Position numbers and translations under genes: made by a program. DNA of 32,273 nucleotides from Octopus sinensis (lineage: Eukaryota). Under the pieces are notes generated by a model that saw only the letters and a list, made by a program, of their open reading frames with translations, made no database searches and was not told the origin of the DNA. The DNA lies in contig NW_021832736.1 in NCBI RefSeq assembly GCF_006345805.1, positions 1 to 32,273 on the forward strand, written 5' to 3'. Shown here piece after piece: positions 11,767 to 22,665 of the stretch. Numbering within the stretch: position 1 is the first letter of the stretch; each line of letters opens with the position of its first letter.

Positions 11767-11854
11767 TGTATGCATGTAAGTATGTATGAATGTATGTATG
11801 TAGGTATATATGTATGTAGGTATGTATTTATGTATGTATTTATGTATATATGTA

Positions 11855-11885
<31 letters not shown>

Positions 11886-12235
11886 ATGTATGTACGTACG
11901 TATGTATGTATGTATGTATGCATGCATGCATGTATGTATGTATGTATGTATGTATTTATGTATGTATGTATTTATGTATATATGTATGTGTGTGTGTATG
12001 TATGTATGTATGTATGTATGTACGTACGTATGTATGTATGTATGTACGTACGTATGTATGTATGTATGTATGTATGTATGCATGCATGTATGTATGCATG
12101 CATGCATGTATGTATGTATGTATGTATGTATGTATGTATGTATGTATGTATGTATGTGTATATGCAAGTAGGTGTGTACGTATGTATGCATATGAATGTA
12201 CGTGTATACATATACGTACGTATGTTTTCATGTAT
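11705..12235. repeat. (CA)n followed by a long (TATG)n microsatellite
   Basis: Direct observation. It explains the MYVC/HTYI ORFs. Confidence 0.97.
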
Positions 12236-12579
12236 TTATAATTGATCAAATATGACAGAGATAATTGTGTTTATTTGCGTGACTTCGTAAAAAAAAGTGT
12301 TCTTGAAGTTGCTTTGAAAATGTGTCACTACTGCAGTCTTTTTACGCTGTTATTATTGTTGTTGTTGTTGTTGTTGTCGGTTGTGTTTCGTTGTTCACTA
12401 TGCGCTTTCTTCAATATATTTACTAGCCTTGCTTGCCTTATTTCCTCTCAAATATCTAAGGATCATTATTTCAATACAACGAACTATACTGTGTTTGATA
12501 TAAAGCATCTTTTTTGCATGCTACGTTTCGTTTGCGTGTACGCATGCAATTCACACGCACACAGAAACATACATATACA

Positions 12580-12719
12580 TGCATATTATATATATATATA
12601 TATATATATAATATATCTATATATATATTATATATATATATATATATGTATATCAATGAAATAGTATAATATATACATATATATATATATATATATATTA
12701 TATATCTATATATATATTA

Positions 12720-12764
<45 letters not shown>

Positions 12765-12826
12765 CATTATATATATATATATATAGCTATATATATATAT
12801 ATATACAATATATAATATATATACAT

Positions 12827-12858
<32 letters not shown>

Positions 12859-13035
12859 TGATATATATACCTATATTATCTACATCTATATATATCTATA
12901 TATATATACCTATATATATATACATATCTATATATATATATATCTATATATATATAATATATATATATATATACATATTATAATCTATATATATATTTTC
13001 TATATCTATATATATACATACATACATAAATATAT
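12580..13035. repeat. Degenerate (TA)n tract
   Basis: Direct observation. Confidence 0.95.
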
Positions 13036-13039
13036 ATAT

Positions 13040-13225
13040 TAAACCCACTACCAAAAAAAGAAAAAGAGTAAGAAACACAAGATAAATACAACAACGCGAG
13101 GACGTGGTACATGTAAAGTATTAGCAGACGCTCATGGAAGGAAAGAAAGGTGGTTTTACGTTTCGAGCAAAGTTCTTCGTCAGAAACAGGAGTCGAAGGA
13201 AAGTCCAAGAGAAAAGGAAGACGGT
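13040..13225 (-). mobile_element. Penelope-like element terminal-repeat remnant
   Basis: Carries the CTGACGA...GAAACGT hammerhead-type signature. The downstream flank (GAGCG..CTAATAC) is similar to 23862-23990 and 30421-30535. Confidence 0.6.
13153..13187 (-). ncRNA. Minimal type I hammerhead ribozyme motif (predicted)
   Basis: Minus strand reads GTTT-CTGACGA-A-GAAC-TTT-GCTC-GAAAC-GTA^AAAC: intact core, stem I GTTT/AAAC, stem II with one mismatch, palindromic ACGT stem III. Confidence 0.6.
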
Positions 13226-13244
13226 AAAGGCTAGCAATTTCGTG

Positions 13245-13418
13245 GAAGTGGGCTTGTCAATTACATCGACACCAGTTGAACACTTGTATCTATTTTATCG
13301 ACTTCGAAAGGTTGAAAAGCCGACCCCGGTGGCATTTGATGTCAGGATCTAAAAGCGGAAGAAATGCCTTTAAGCAATTTTTTTCGGCGTGGTAACGATT
13401 CTGCAAGTTCGCTGTCTT
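13245..13418 (-). mobile_element. SINE family A, degenerate
   Basis: TTACATCGACACCAG...TTTATCGAC..CGAAAGG...ACGATTCTGCAAGTTCGC is the reverse complement of family A. Confidence 0.75.
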
Positions 13419-13502
13419 ATATGTAAATATGATTTATCTCAACCATTTTCAACTTAAAATTTGTGTGTGTGTGTGTGTGGTGTGTGTGTGTGTGTGTGTG
13501 TG

Positions 13503-13533
<31 letters not shown>

Positions 13534-13654
13534 CGTGCATGTGTGCATTTTTATATTAGTAGGATCACAACTAGTGTAGGCTTGTTTGTATCCTTGTAAG
13601 CTAGCTGTTTATCAAAAACTGATCGATGAAATAAGTTTTTCAAGTGAATACCAA

Positions 13655-13722
13655 GGTTACTGAGATCGACTTAATCGACTAAACCCTTGTAAGTGGCGCT
13701 CCAGCGTGGCCACAGTCCAATA
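13655..13722 (+). mobile_element. SINE family B 3' tail fragment
   Basis: TCGACTAAACCCTT...GCTCCAGCGTGGCCACAGTCCAAT matches the family B tail. Confidence 0.6.
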
Positions 13723-13729
13723 TATATAT

Positions 13730-13778
<49 letters not shown>

Positions 13779-14171
13779 TCTGTGTGCGCGCGCATGTGTG
13801 GGTGTGTAAGGTGTATTGATATGTGTGCATAATTCAATATAAGAAACACCAATATCTATATTATCCTTATCCAAACGCAAACGTTCTATTCGAGAATAAT
13901 CAAGCAAATGTTCTGGAATTTATTCGAGTGAATCGATGAAAATGTCTTGCCAAATTTATAGATTCTCTCCCAACAGAATTAAAAGCAACTTGGAATCTAA
14001 CAGGATATGTAAATAGTTGTTCTGCGTAAATTATCTGTGTTTTTCCTTCTTATTAATTTTTAAGTTGCCTTAATATATTGTATAATGTGTTTACATTGAC
14101 ACATTTTGCCTGAACTCTTTCTGTTAAACGTTTGTATGTATGCACGTATGTATGTACTTATGTATACATGT

Positions 14172-14537
14172 GGAGGCGCAATGGCCCAGTGGTTAGGGCA
14201 GCGGACTCGCGGTCGTAGGATCGCGGTTTCGATTCCCAGACCGGGCGTTGTGAGTGTTTATTGAGCGAAAACACCTAAAGCTCCATGGTGGTGATCCCTG
14301 CTGTACTCTTTCACCACAACTTTCTCTCACTCTTACTTCCTGTTTCTGTTGTACCTGTATTTCAAAGGGCCGGTCTTGTCACTCTCTGTGTCACGCTGAA
14401 TAATATCCCCGAGAACTACGTTAAGGGTACACGTGTCTGTGGAGTGCTCAGCCACTTACACGTTAATTTCACGAACAGGCTGTTCCGTTGATCGGATCAA
14501 CCGGAACCCTCGTCGTCGTAACCGACGGAGTGCTGCC
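14172..14537 (+). mobile_element. SINE family C (head type 1, tRNA-Arg-like), full length
   Basis: A-box TGGCCCAGTGG and B-box-like GGTTTCGATTCCC. 3' module ...CTCGTCGTCGTAACCGACGGAGTGC. Candidate TSD ATACATGT at 14164-14171 and 14538-14545. Confidence 0.9.
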
Positions 14538-14580
14538 ATACATGTATGTATGCACTGAAATTTTTAACAAATAAAATGTA

Positions 14581-14888
14581 TTGTTACTATTATTATTTTG
14601 GTTTGGCTCAGGTTTGGTCTTATTCCTGGAAGGATTTATGTGGGTAGCAGGTAAACCTTAGCTATCCACACGTTTTCGAATATTCCACAAGTGCTTCGAA
14701 CCATCCTAATAATCCTTGCTGTCCCTAAGAAACAAACTTTCTGTCGGAGCTCTGCTGGGCATTCCATTTCAATCTCCTTCAGCCATTTCTCAATATCTTT
14801 GCTTATTGGTCTTAGGGCACCAATTATTATAGTTATGATCTTTACTGTTCTGAAGCCCCAAATTCTTCCTATTTCAAATTTTAAGGGA
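14581..14888 (-). mobile_element. RLE-type (R4/Dong/Hero-like) non-LTR retrotransposon 3' end, copy 2
   Basis: LKFEIGRIWGFRTVKIITIIIGALRPISKDIEKWLKEIEMECPAELRQKVCFLGTARIIRMV, followed by a 3'UTR ending in an (AAT)n tail. Confidence 0.8.
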
Positions 14889-15218
14889 ATCATCATCATT
14901 ATTATTGTCTTTGCACAGCTTCTAACGCTGGAGATGTACTACGGTGTCAGCTGTTCGCTACCAGTGAACTAAGATAACACCTCTTATTTTTCGAGCACCT
15001 TCCGGAGTATTCGAGCGGTTCCAAGCAGTGCAGTTTTCTGCTAGTGCTCCACCCTCATTGCAGCCCTTATTTGTTCCATGTACTTCTCAAGATTTTTACT
15101 CAATGTCCCCAGGGCTCCGAAAATTATTGGTACTACGACCACCTTTTTCATCGACCACTACTGCTTAATTTCCCAAGTTAAGTAGTCATATCTATCGACA
15201 TTTCTTTCTTCCTTATGA
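14889..15218 (-). mobile_element. RLE-type (R4/Dong/Hero-like) non-LTR retrotransposon 3' end, copy 1
   Basis: RYDYLTWEIKQ*WSMKKVVVVPIIFGALGTLSKNLEKYMEQIRAAMRVEH*QKTALLGTARILRKVLEK* (stop at 14984-14986), then a 3'UTR and an (AAT)3(GAT)3 tail. Confidence 0.85.
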
Positions 15219-15220
15219 AT

Positions 15221-15581
15221 TAAGGATTAAGTCGATTACATCGATGCCAGTGCATAACAGGTACTCATTTAAGCGACGCCGATAAGATGAAAGGCAGAGT
15301 CGACCTCGGCGGAATTTGAACTCAGAACGTAACGGCAGACGAAATACCTATTTCTTTACTACCCACAAGGGGCTAAACACAGAGAAGGAAAACAAGGCCA
15401 GACAAACAGATTAAGTCGATTACATCGACCCCAGTGCGTAACTGGTACTTATTTAATCGACCCCGAAAGGATGAAAGGCAAAGTCGACCTCGGCGGAATT
15501 TGAACTCAGAACGTAACGGCAGACGAAATACCGCAAAGCATTTCACCCGGCGTGCTAACGTTTCTGCCAGCACGCCGCCCT
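15221..15581 (-). mobile_element. SINE family A dimer (full unit 15349-15581 plus truncated unit 15221-15348)
   Basis: The plus-strand junction GAAATACC|TATTTCTTTACTACCC is identical to the one at 25871-25894. Confidence 0.92.
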
Positions 15582-15698
15582 CATCAATCCTTAAATATTA
15601 CCAAAATGAAGTAGATTAAGATGTTTATTTTGAAATTGTAGAAGACACATGAAGTGTCGAAATATTGTTCATTCAATAACATTCACACTTTTCTTATT

Positions 15699-15733
<35 letters not shown>

Positions 15734-16668
15734 GTTGTTGTAGTTGTCGCTTTTGTTGTTATCGTTATCTTGTTATTTATCCATTTCTGTTAAAGTTTTT
15801 GTTTATGACTCCAGCAAATTGACTTTAAGCGGCGAGCCAAGAGTAAGCTAACGTATGTTTCCCATTGTAAATCTAATTAAATTCCAGCATCAATTGAATT
15901 AAACGTGAAATACACCGTTGCTTTGAAGACGAAACTTTAACAGTGACTGTAATATATTTATTGTCTCTTTTGTAAGCTTAGATATTATTTTGTGAGGTTT
16001 ATCCTATGTATATTTATGTGTGTGAGAGTTTATGTGAGTGTATATGTGTGAGCATGCGTCCGTGCAAATGTATGTGTGCGTGCGTATACTATGTCGAAAG
16101 GAACCATTATGACCATGTATTCATATTAATTACATTCATAAAGAGTAATTATCATCTAAATTAGAAACGATTTTTTTTCCGTATAAGCATACACGTATAT
16201 ATCTGTGTTTAATATATCTTTTGTTGATGCCGATGTTAATATATTCATTATACTCGTCAGCCTTTCAAGAATAATCAAGCCATGAATTATTTTCATGAAA
16301 AATTATAATTATTCTCTTTATTATAATAAAGATTTCTCCGTAAATAATGTACACACTGAGATATATGCAGCTATGGTGTATAACAGGCACGGGCAGCCGT
16401 TTTCGAGAAACGGGCACATCCTCAGGCAGACCGCGTTGCTAAATAAATTCAAGGTAATTTTTCGTTAGGCATGCCATTCAGACAGTCCCACGGGCCGCAG
16501 CTTACCCGTGACTGGTGTTTATAAAACATGGAAGCATGTTTGCTTTAGCTGAAGTAGAAGAGGATTGCTGAAGAAATTGACGAAAGAAACATTGAGAGGA
16601 TTAAATCAAGTCAGGGATCTCATCATAGGCTGATGAGACCTGCTACTGGTACAAAGTAAACCAGTTCT

Positions 16669-16901
16669 TATTTCTTTATTGCCCACAAGGGGCTAAACAT
16701 AGAGGGGACAAACAAGGACAGACAAACGGATTAAGTCGATTACATCGACCCCAGTGCGTAACTGGTACTTAATTTATCGACCCCGAAAGGATGAAAAGCA
16801 AAGTCGACCTCGGCGGAATTTGAACTCAGAACGTAACGGCAGACGAAATACCGCTAAGCATTTTGCCCGGTGCGCTAACGTTTCTGCCAGCTCGCCGCCT
16901 T
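16669..16901 (-). mobile_element. SINE family A, young full-length monomer with perfect TSD
   Basis: Flanked by AAAGTAAACCAGTTCT at 16653-16668 and 16902-16917. Confidence 0.97.
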
Positions 16902-16917
16902 AAAGTAAACCAGTTCT

Positions 16918-17390
16918 ATCTGGTCCACAGTCGAAGGGTCGGTGACTAAACCAGCTCCCCCAGCTCTTGTGAGGAGGGTTTCTGAACACCCAGCAGAACT
17001 AAAACATGACCTGTCGAAGAACAGATGAGCTCCTTGCAGGTCAACGGTCATCCAGTTAGGGAAGGCAATGGCAAACCACTCCAATATTTTTCTCAAGAAA
17101 ACACTACGATAAAATTCAGAACGAAGTAGGTCTGTGACTTCATCCGGTGGGAGAACTCACGCTGAATCGGGAGGACTTCCGTTGTAGTACCATCAACGCG
17201 CTGCAAAGAGCGTACGATACATGAGGACGAAGGTTGAATATTATTTATTGTAGCAGAAGTAGATGTAACATGCATCGGCTTGTCGCAAGCGGATACTGGA
17301 GTTAAGCTTCTATGTGGTAGGTTACAGAGGTCCACAAACTCATAGACGTCCACTCTAAAGGCAGCCGCTCGGAGATATGGAGTTTTTCCC
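16918..17390 (+). mobile_element. RTE-BovB-like LINE 5'UTR and endonuclease N-terminal remnant
   Basis: GAAGGCAATGGCAAACCACTCCAATATTTTTCTCAAGAAAAC (17061-17102) matches the conserved BovB/RTE 5'UTR motif. Downstream SVRYM..KVE and VDVTCIGLSQ resemble the APE N-terminus (NVRSM..GKLE, IDILGLSE). Confidence 0.62.
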
Positions 17391-17999
17391 ATTTTAGCTT
17401 TTAACTCACAAGAATTACATTCTTTTTCTTCTAGTCTTAGTTATACTATTTGGGTGATGATACCAAGATGTTGTAAAAGACAGGGGAAATCAATGTCAGT
17501 AGGTATCTAGTTTTACTTCCAAATGGAAACGATTCCATTTACTTTGACAATGCTCTTGGAATATTCATAAATGTGACAACTTGCTGTATTTTCTCTTATA
17601 AATAGCACATTTTTGTTGCATGTGTAAAGCAAACACCATTTTATTCAGGCGAACATAACTGAAAATTATGTCGGCAGTAACGAACAAACGATGTGTTTTT
17701 AAATACTCAGGCAGTTAGCATTTAAATATATTGTTAGAAATGACGGAATAAGACCAGTAAGACCAGCAGCAAAGGACCAACAAAGAGATATAGTGAAAGG
17801 ACAACAAGAGAGAAAATGGTTAAGAGGAACCATGTTTCTCTTCCACAAACAAAATGCTGATTTTTATTCCTTTAATATTATTAATATTGCTCATACACAT
17901 ATACTAAAGGTCAAAAAACTTAAATAAATAAATAATTAGATAATTTTATCAATATTCGATCTCTATTTAAAAGACATACACGATCCAACCCTCGCAAGC

Positions 18000-18013
18000 A
18001 CGCACACACACAC

Positions 18014-18049
<36 letters not shown>

Positions 18050-18095
18050 ACACACACACACACACAACACACACACAACACACACACACACACAA
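18000..18095. repeat. (CA)n microsatellite
   Basis: Direct observation. Confidence 0.95.
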
Positions 18096-18424
18096 ATCCA
18101 GTCATGGGATTTTAGTACAAGATGATCGATGATTTGTGAATCTCTTGAGGATCAAGTTTTCACATCAGTCAAGTATGCTCTGTTCGTTGTGTTATTGATC
18201 TATCTGCTGTTATTACTACTACGAACATTATGCTTATGTATTATGTGGAATAATTCCAAGTCAAGCATCAGAAATGGATTATAGCTCAAAGCACTATCGT
18301 CAAGCTACAGATATTACGCCCGCTAAAGTTAAACCGCTAATATCAAAGCGCCTAAGTGAACTGTCAACATTAAGTAGACAGCATTGCCTCATAACAACTG
18401 CGTGTGGTCGTCTCATCTAATCTT

Positions 18425-19160
18425 AAGATTTATATGGAGAAATACATTGACTACAGAAAATATTGCCTTCCGGAAACCAATTGGATGAAGATGTTTTTTG
18501 AAAGTAAAAATTGAAAAAAAACTCAAATATCATAACTAGAGAACATGCAGAGAAGTTTGAAGATTCTAAAAATACGACTCCCGAACACTTAGTGAAGCTA
18601 AGATACATTTCTCGTCATAATGTATGGGTCCGTTACAAACTCTCAGAAAAGAATTGCTTGGGCCGGTATTCCGTTTGTGATATCCTTTTGAAATGAAATG
18701 AAACTATGTTTTTTTTTCAACAACTTGTGACTGGAAATGAAAATTGGATTTTGTACGAAAATGTTGTGCGAAAAAGATCCTAGAGTTTTGCTAAAAAAGC
18801 TATTGTTTGTGTTTGGTGGGATCATAAAGACATTATTTGTCATGAGCTTCTTCCACAAAATCAGATCATTAATTCTGATGTGTACTGTCGTCAGCTGGCT
18901 AATTTGAACAAAAAAATTCAAAGAATTGAGGCCGGAGATTGCTAACAAAAAAGGAGTAGTGTTCCAACAGGACAATGCCCGACCACATGTGTCATTGGTT
19001 ACCCGGACAAACTGACAAGAACTTGGCTGGAATCTCTTAACCTATCCACCATATTCTCCTGACATTACACGACTACCACTTGCTTTTGTCTCTAGAGAAC
19101 TATTTGCAAGGAAAACATTTAACGATTTAGATAGAATCAAAATTCATCTAGATAACATTT
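18425..19160 (+). mobile_element. Mariner (DD34D) transposase pseudogene remnant
   Basis: NVWVRYKLSEKN (WVPHEL-like), QLVTGNENWILYENV, KKAIVCVWWD, HELLPQNQIINSDVYCRQL, VVFQQDNARPH, LGWNLLTYPPYSPD, DYHL. Contains stops, frameshifts and an internal deletion. Confidence 0.93.
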
Positions 19161-19274
19161 TCTTTTACACACACACACACACAAACAAACAAACACAAAC
19201 ACGCATATATATGTATTTATGTATATATATGTGTGTGTTTGTAATAAATAAATATATATATATATATATATATC

Positions 19275-19488
19275 AAAGGTGGCAAGCTGGAAGAATCGTT
19301 GTCCATCGGTCGAAAAGTTTAACACCGTTTTGTCTGTCTTTACGTTCTGAGTTCAAATACCACCGCGGTTGACTTTGCCTTTCATTCTTTTCGGGGTCGA
19401 TAAAACAAGTACCAGTTGAGCACTGGGGTCGATGTAATCGACTTGCCTCCACCCAATAAATTGCTGGTCCTGTGCCAAAATTTAAAAC
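19275..19488 (+). mobile_element. SINE family A (alternative tail)
   Basis: Head, GAGTTCAAATACC B-box, central domain, and tail AAATTGCTGGTCCTGTGCCAAAATTTAAAACC. Confidence 0.88.
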
Positions 19489-19739
19489 CTGTGTGTGTGT
19501 ACTAGGTTGTCAGATAAATTCGATCGTTTTTTTCTTTTCTGTCTGGCTCGCCATTCTGATGAGAAGTAAAAGTTATTCTAATTTGAAAATAATTGATAAA
19601 AGTCGTAGAGGAAGAAAAAGCAACAAGGAAAAGAACCCATGGAACACTACAAATGAAATAAAATCGTGTTTGTGCTATTTCAAATAACATTGGAAAAGGT
19701 TAAAAGTAAGAAGGAAAATAACGGATTTATCTCAGAAAC

Positions 19740-20025
19740 CTGCAACTGATTACAATGACGTGTGTTCCAGTTGACCAACGGAACAGCCTGTTCCTGTAAT
19801 TAACGTGCAGATGGCTAAGGAGTCCAGAGAAATGCATACCTTTAATGTAGTTCTCGGGGATATTCAGCTTGACTCAAAATGTGAAAAGACTGGCGATTTG
19901 AAATACGGGTGTAACAAATTTTTGCCGGCTGAATGGACTACAGCAAAATTAAATAAAGTACCTTGCTCAAGGACAAAACAGACTGCCGGGAATCGAAATC
20001 ACAACCTGAAAGCAACGCGCCATCG
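19740..20025 (-). mobile_element. SINE family C (head type 2, CORE-like)
   Basis: Reverse complement of the 23078-23383 copy: CCTTGCTCAAGGAC, GAATCGAAATCAC, TTTAATGTAGTTCTCGGGGATATTCAGC. Confidence 0.82.
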
Positions 20026-20029
20026 TATA

Positions 20030-20102
20030 TACATATATATATAATATCTATATATATAGATATATATATCTATATAGATATACATTAAATATATATATAA
20101 TA

Positions 20103-20140
<38 letters not shown>

Positions 20141-20412
20141 TATATTATATATAATGCATAAATATATATATATATATCAGATATATGTATATATATAGAT
20201 AATATATATAGATATATAGATATAGGATCTCTGATGTATATAATATAGTATATATATATATATATATATAATAGATATATATATATATATAGAGAGAGCG
20301 AGAGAGAGAGAGAGAGAGAGAAAGAGATAGATAGATAGATTAAAAAACGTGTCCCGATTCTCCTTAAACCATGTGGGTACACATAGATGCACACACACAC
20401 ACACACACACAC
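20030..20412. repeat. (TA)/(GA)/(CA) compound microsatellite
   Basis: Direct observation. Confidence 0.93.
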
Positions 20413-21124
20413 AACTTAAATGTATTCGTTGCTCCTTCTTCGAAAATAAATTTCAGAAACGAAATCAATGAACGTCACGTCCACTGTTCGTACATGTAAT
20501 ATATCGTTCCAGGTATTTAGATCTTCGAAGATTATTTCTTATTTGGTGAGTCTGCGACAAAACAGAACTTTACGCCGATCTTGATGCAACGACGACCAAT
20601 TAAAAATTTAACAGGACTTGCATTTATTTATTTTATTATTCTTTGATCTTTGACATTACACGTTGTCATATATAATATGAAGGGTCAATATTGCATTTGG
20701 TGTTGAAATGAAATTAAAACAGGTTCCTTTTATATACAAAAACTTGGACGTTTTATTAACTCTGCTTCTGGTGTTAAAAGACCAAAGCCACTGCTGTATT
20801 AATATATTACTTTTCATTAGTTAAAGAGCCAAAGAGCCCAGCTGTTTAGACGAAACTAGGCTACGTCAAGTGAAGCAAGAGAATCTGTGAAAACTTCTGT
20901 GTTGGTCGATGTTAGTATTTAGTAAATACGAAAAGTGAAAAAAACTTCAAGCAATCGAATGAATTATTTTGTATGAATTCATACGGAAAAAATGCAAACA
21001 CTAAACCTGCGAGCGGACCTCTTCATTAATGGACATGTGTAACCTTAAAGTAATTTTCGGGAAGAATCAGTCCCACAGGGAGTCTGGTAAGATTCTACAA
21101 TGAAATTACAGGTACTATCCACCC

Positions 21125-21292
21125 GACCGGATTCTACACAGTTTCCGTTCATCTAATTTTACTCGTAAGATACGCATCTACTTGAGACTATGAAACATGG
21201 CATTTGCCTAAAAAGCCACACCATTGGATCGAATGTGGAAGTTTGTTTTCGAAGAGAAATTCATAATGAAATAGCCATGCCTTCGCCTTAAA
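21125..21292 (-). mobile_element. SINE family B-related head and CORE-like part, very degenerate
   Basis: ACAGTTTCCGT...CATTTGCCTAAAAAGCCAC...GGATCGAA...AGCCATGCCTTCGCC is collinear with family B. Confidence 0.5.
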
Positions 21293-21551
21293 ATACACGA
21301 TGATTGCCTCATCTTCTCAGATGATGAGCGTCTCACATTCAGCTTGATTGTTTTCGTTTATTTTCATCCTTGCATCTGCATGAATTTGACTTTTCACGCT
21401 GCCAAGCATCAATTGCCAGAGGACTTCATAAAATAGAAAACGGATCAAGAAATGAAATGAGACGTCTGTCTGTACGTCAGTGGTTTTTAAGCAATAAAGC
21501 TTGTACAACACCTGAGCCACACTCTTTTGGTCGCCATAGAAGGTTTCAGTG

Positions 21552-21604
21552 ACATACATACATACATACATACATACATACATACATACATACATACGTG
21601 CATG

Positions 21605-21639
<35 letters not shown>

Positions 21640-22318
21640 ACATACATACATACATACATACATACATACATACATACATACATACATACATACATACATA
21701 CATACGTACGTACGTACATACATACATACATACATACATACGCACACACATACATACATACATACGTACATACATACATGCGTACATACGTACATACATA
21801 CATACATATATACGTACATACATACATACATACATACATACGCACACACATACTACATACATACATACGTACATACATACATGCGTACATACGTACATAC
21901 ATACATACATAACATACATACATACATACGTACATACATACATACATACATACATACGTACATACATACATACATACATACATGCATACATACATACATA
22001 CATACACACACATACATACATACATACATACATACATACATACACACACACATACATACATACATACATGCGTACATACATACATACATACTCAAACACA
22101 CACACATACATACATACATACATACATACAAACGTACATACATGCGTACATACGTACATACATACATACACACACACATACATACATACATACATACATA
22201 CGTACGTACATACACACATACATACGTACATACGTACATACATGCGTACACACATGCGTACATACATGCGTACATACATACGTACGTACGTACATACTGA
22301 CATACATGCATACATACA
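21552..22318. repeat. Long (TACA)n microsatellite with CA/CG variants
   Basis: Direct observation. It explains the 250-330 aa HTYI/MYVC ORFs. Confidence 0.97.
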
Positions 22319-22560
22319 GCACTAGGCTTTGTTACTAAATGCTTAAAGAGGAATCTCGATAAACTGGGATTTTCAGAAAGAGAAATCGACCGGCCAATTC
22401 GTACATTACAAGTGCAATCTGTGAGTGGAACAGTAAAAATAAGCAAGACTTTTCTCAAGTTCCAAACGTGAATTTGTGTTGACTACATCCCAAAGGTAGA
22501 ACCTTGTTTCTTTGTTGGAATCTGGCTCCCTCCTCAGAGGAAAATTTATAATAATTAAAA
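22319..22560 (+). mobile_element. RLE-type non-LTR retrotransposon extreme 3' end (third family)
   Basis: ALGFVTKCLKRNLDKLGFSEREIDRPIRTLQVQSVSGTVKISKTFLKFQT* resembles the RLE LINE C-terminus (GALG...LQ....GT.KI..TF). A short 3'UTR follows. Confidence 0.6.
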
Positions 22561-22574
22561 AATAGAAGAGACGT

Positions 22575-22665
22575 ACCTACCTACCTACCTACCTACCTAC
22601 CTACCTACCTACCTACCTACCAACATACATACATACCTACCTACATACATACATACATACTTACA
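22575..22665. repeat. (CCTA)n/(TACA)n microsatellite
   Basis: Direct observation. Confidence 0.95.

Noticed and set aside
15815-17502. Further candidate microexons (15815-15842 +, 16506-16548 -, 17435-17502 +)
   Set aside because: The splice signals are plausible, but the peptides show no homology and cannot be linked into a consistent gene. Such pairs arise often by chance in AT-rich DNA.
21317-22458. Long ORFs (up to 332 aa) of MYVC/HTYI repeats, and similar ORFs at 3547-4086 and 11655-12249
   Set aside because: They are translations of stop-free tetranucleotide microsatellites on both strands. The non-repeat tail of the 21317 ORF shows no recognisable domain.
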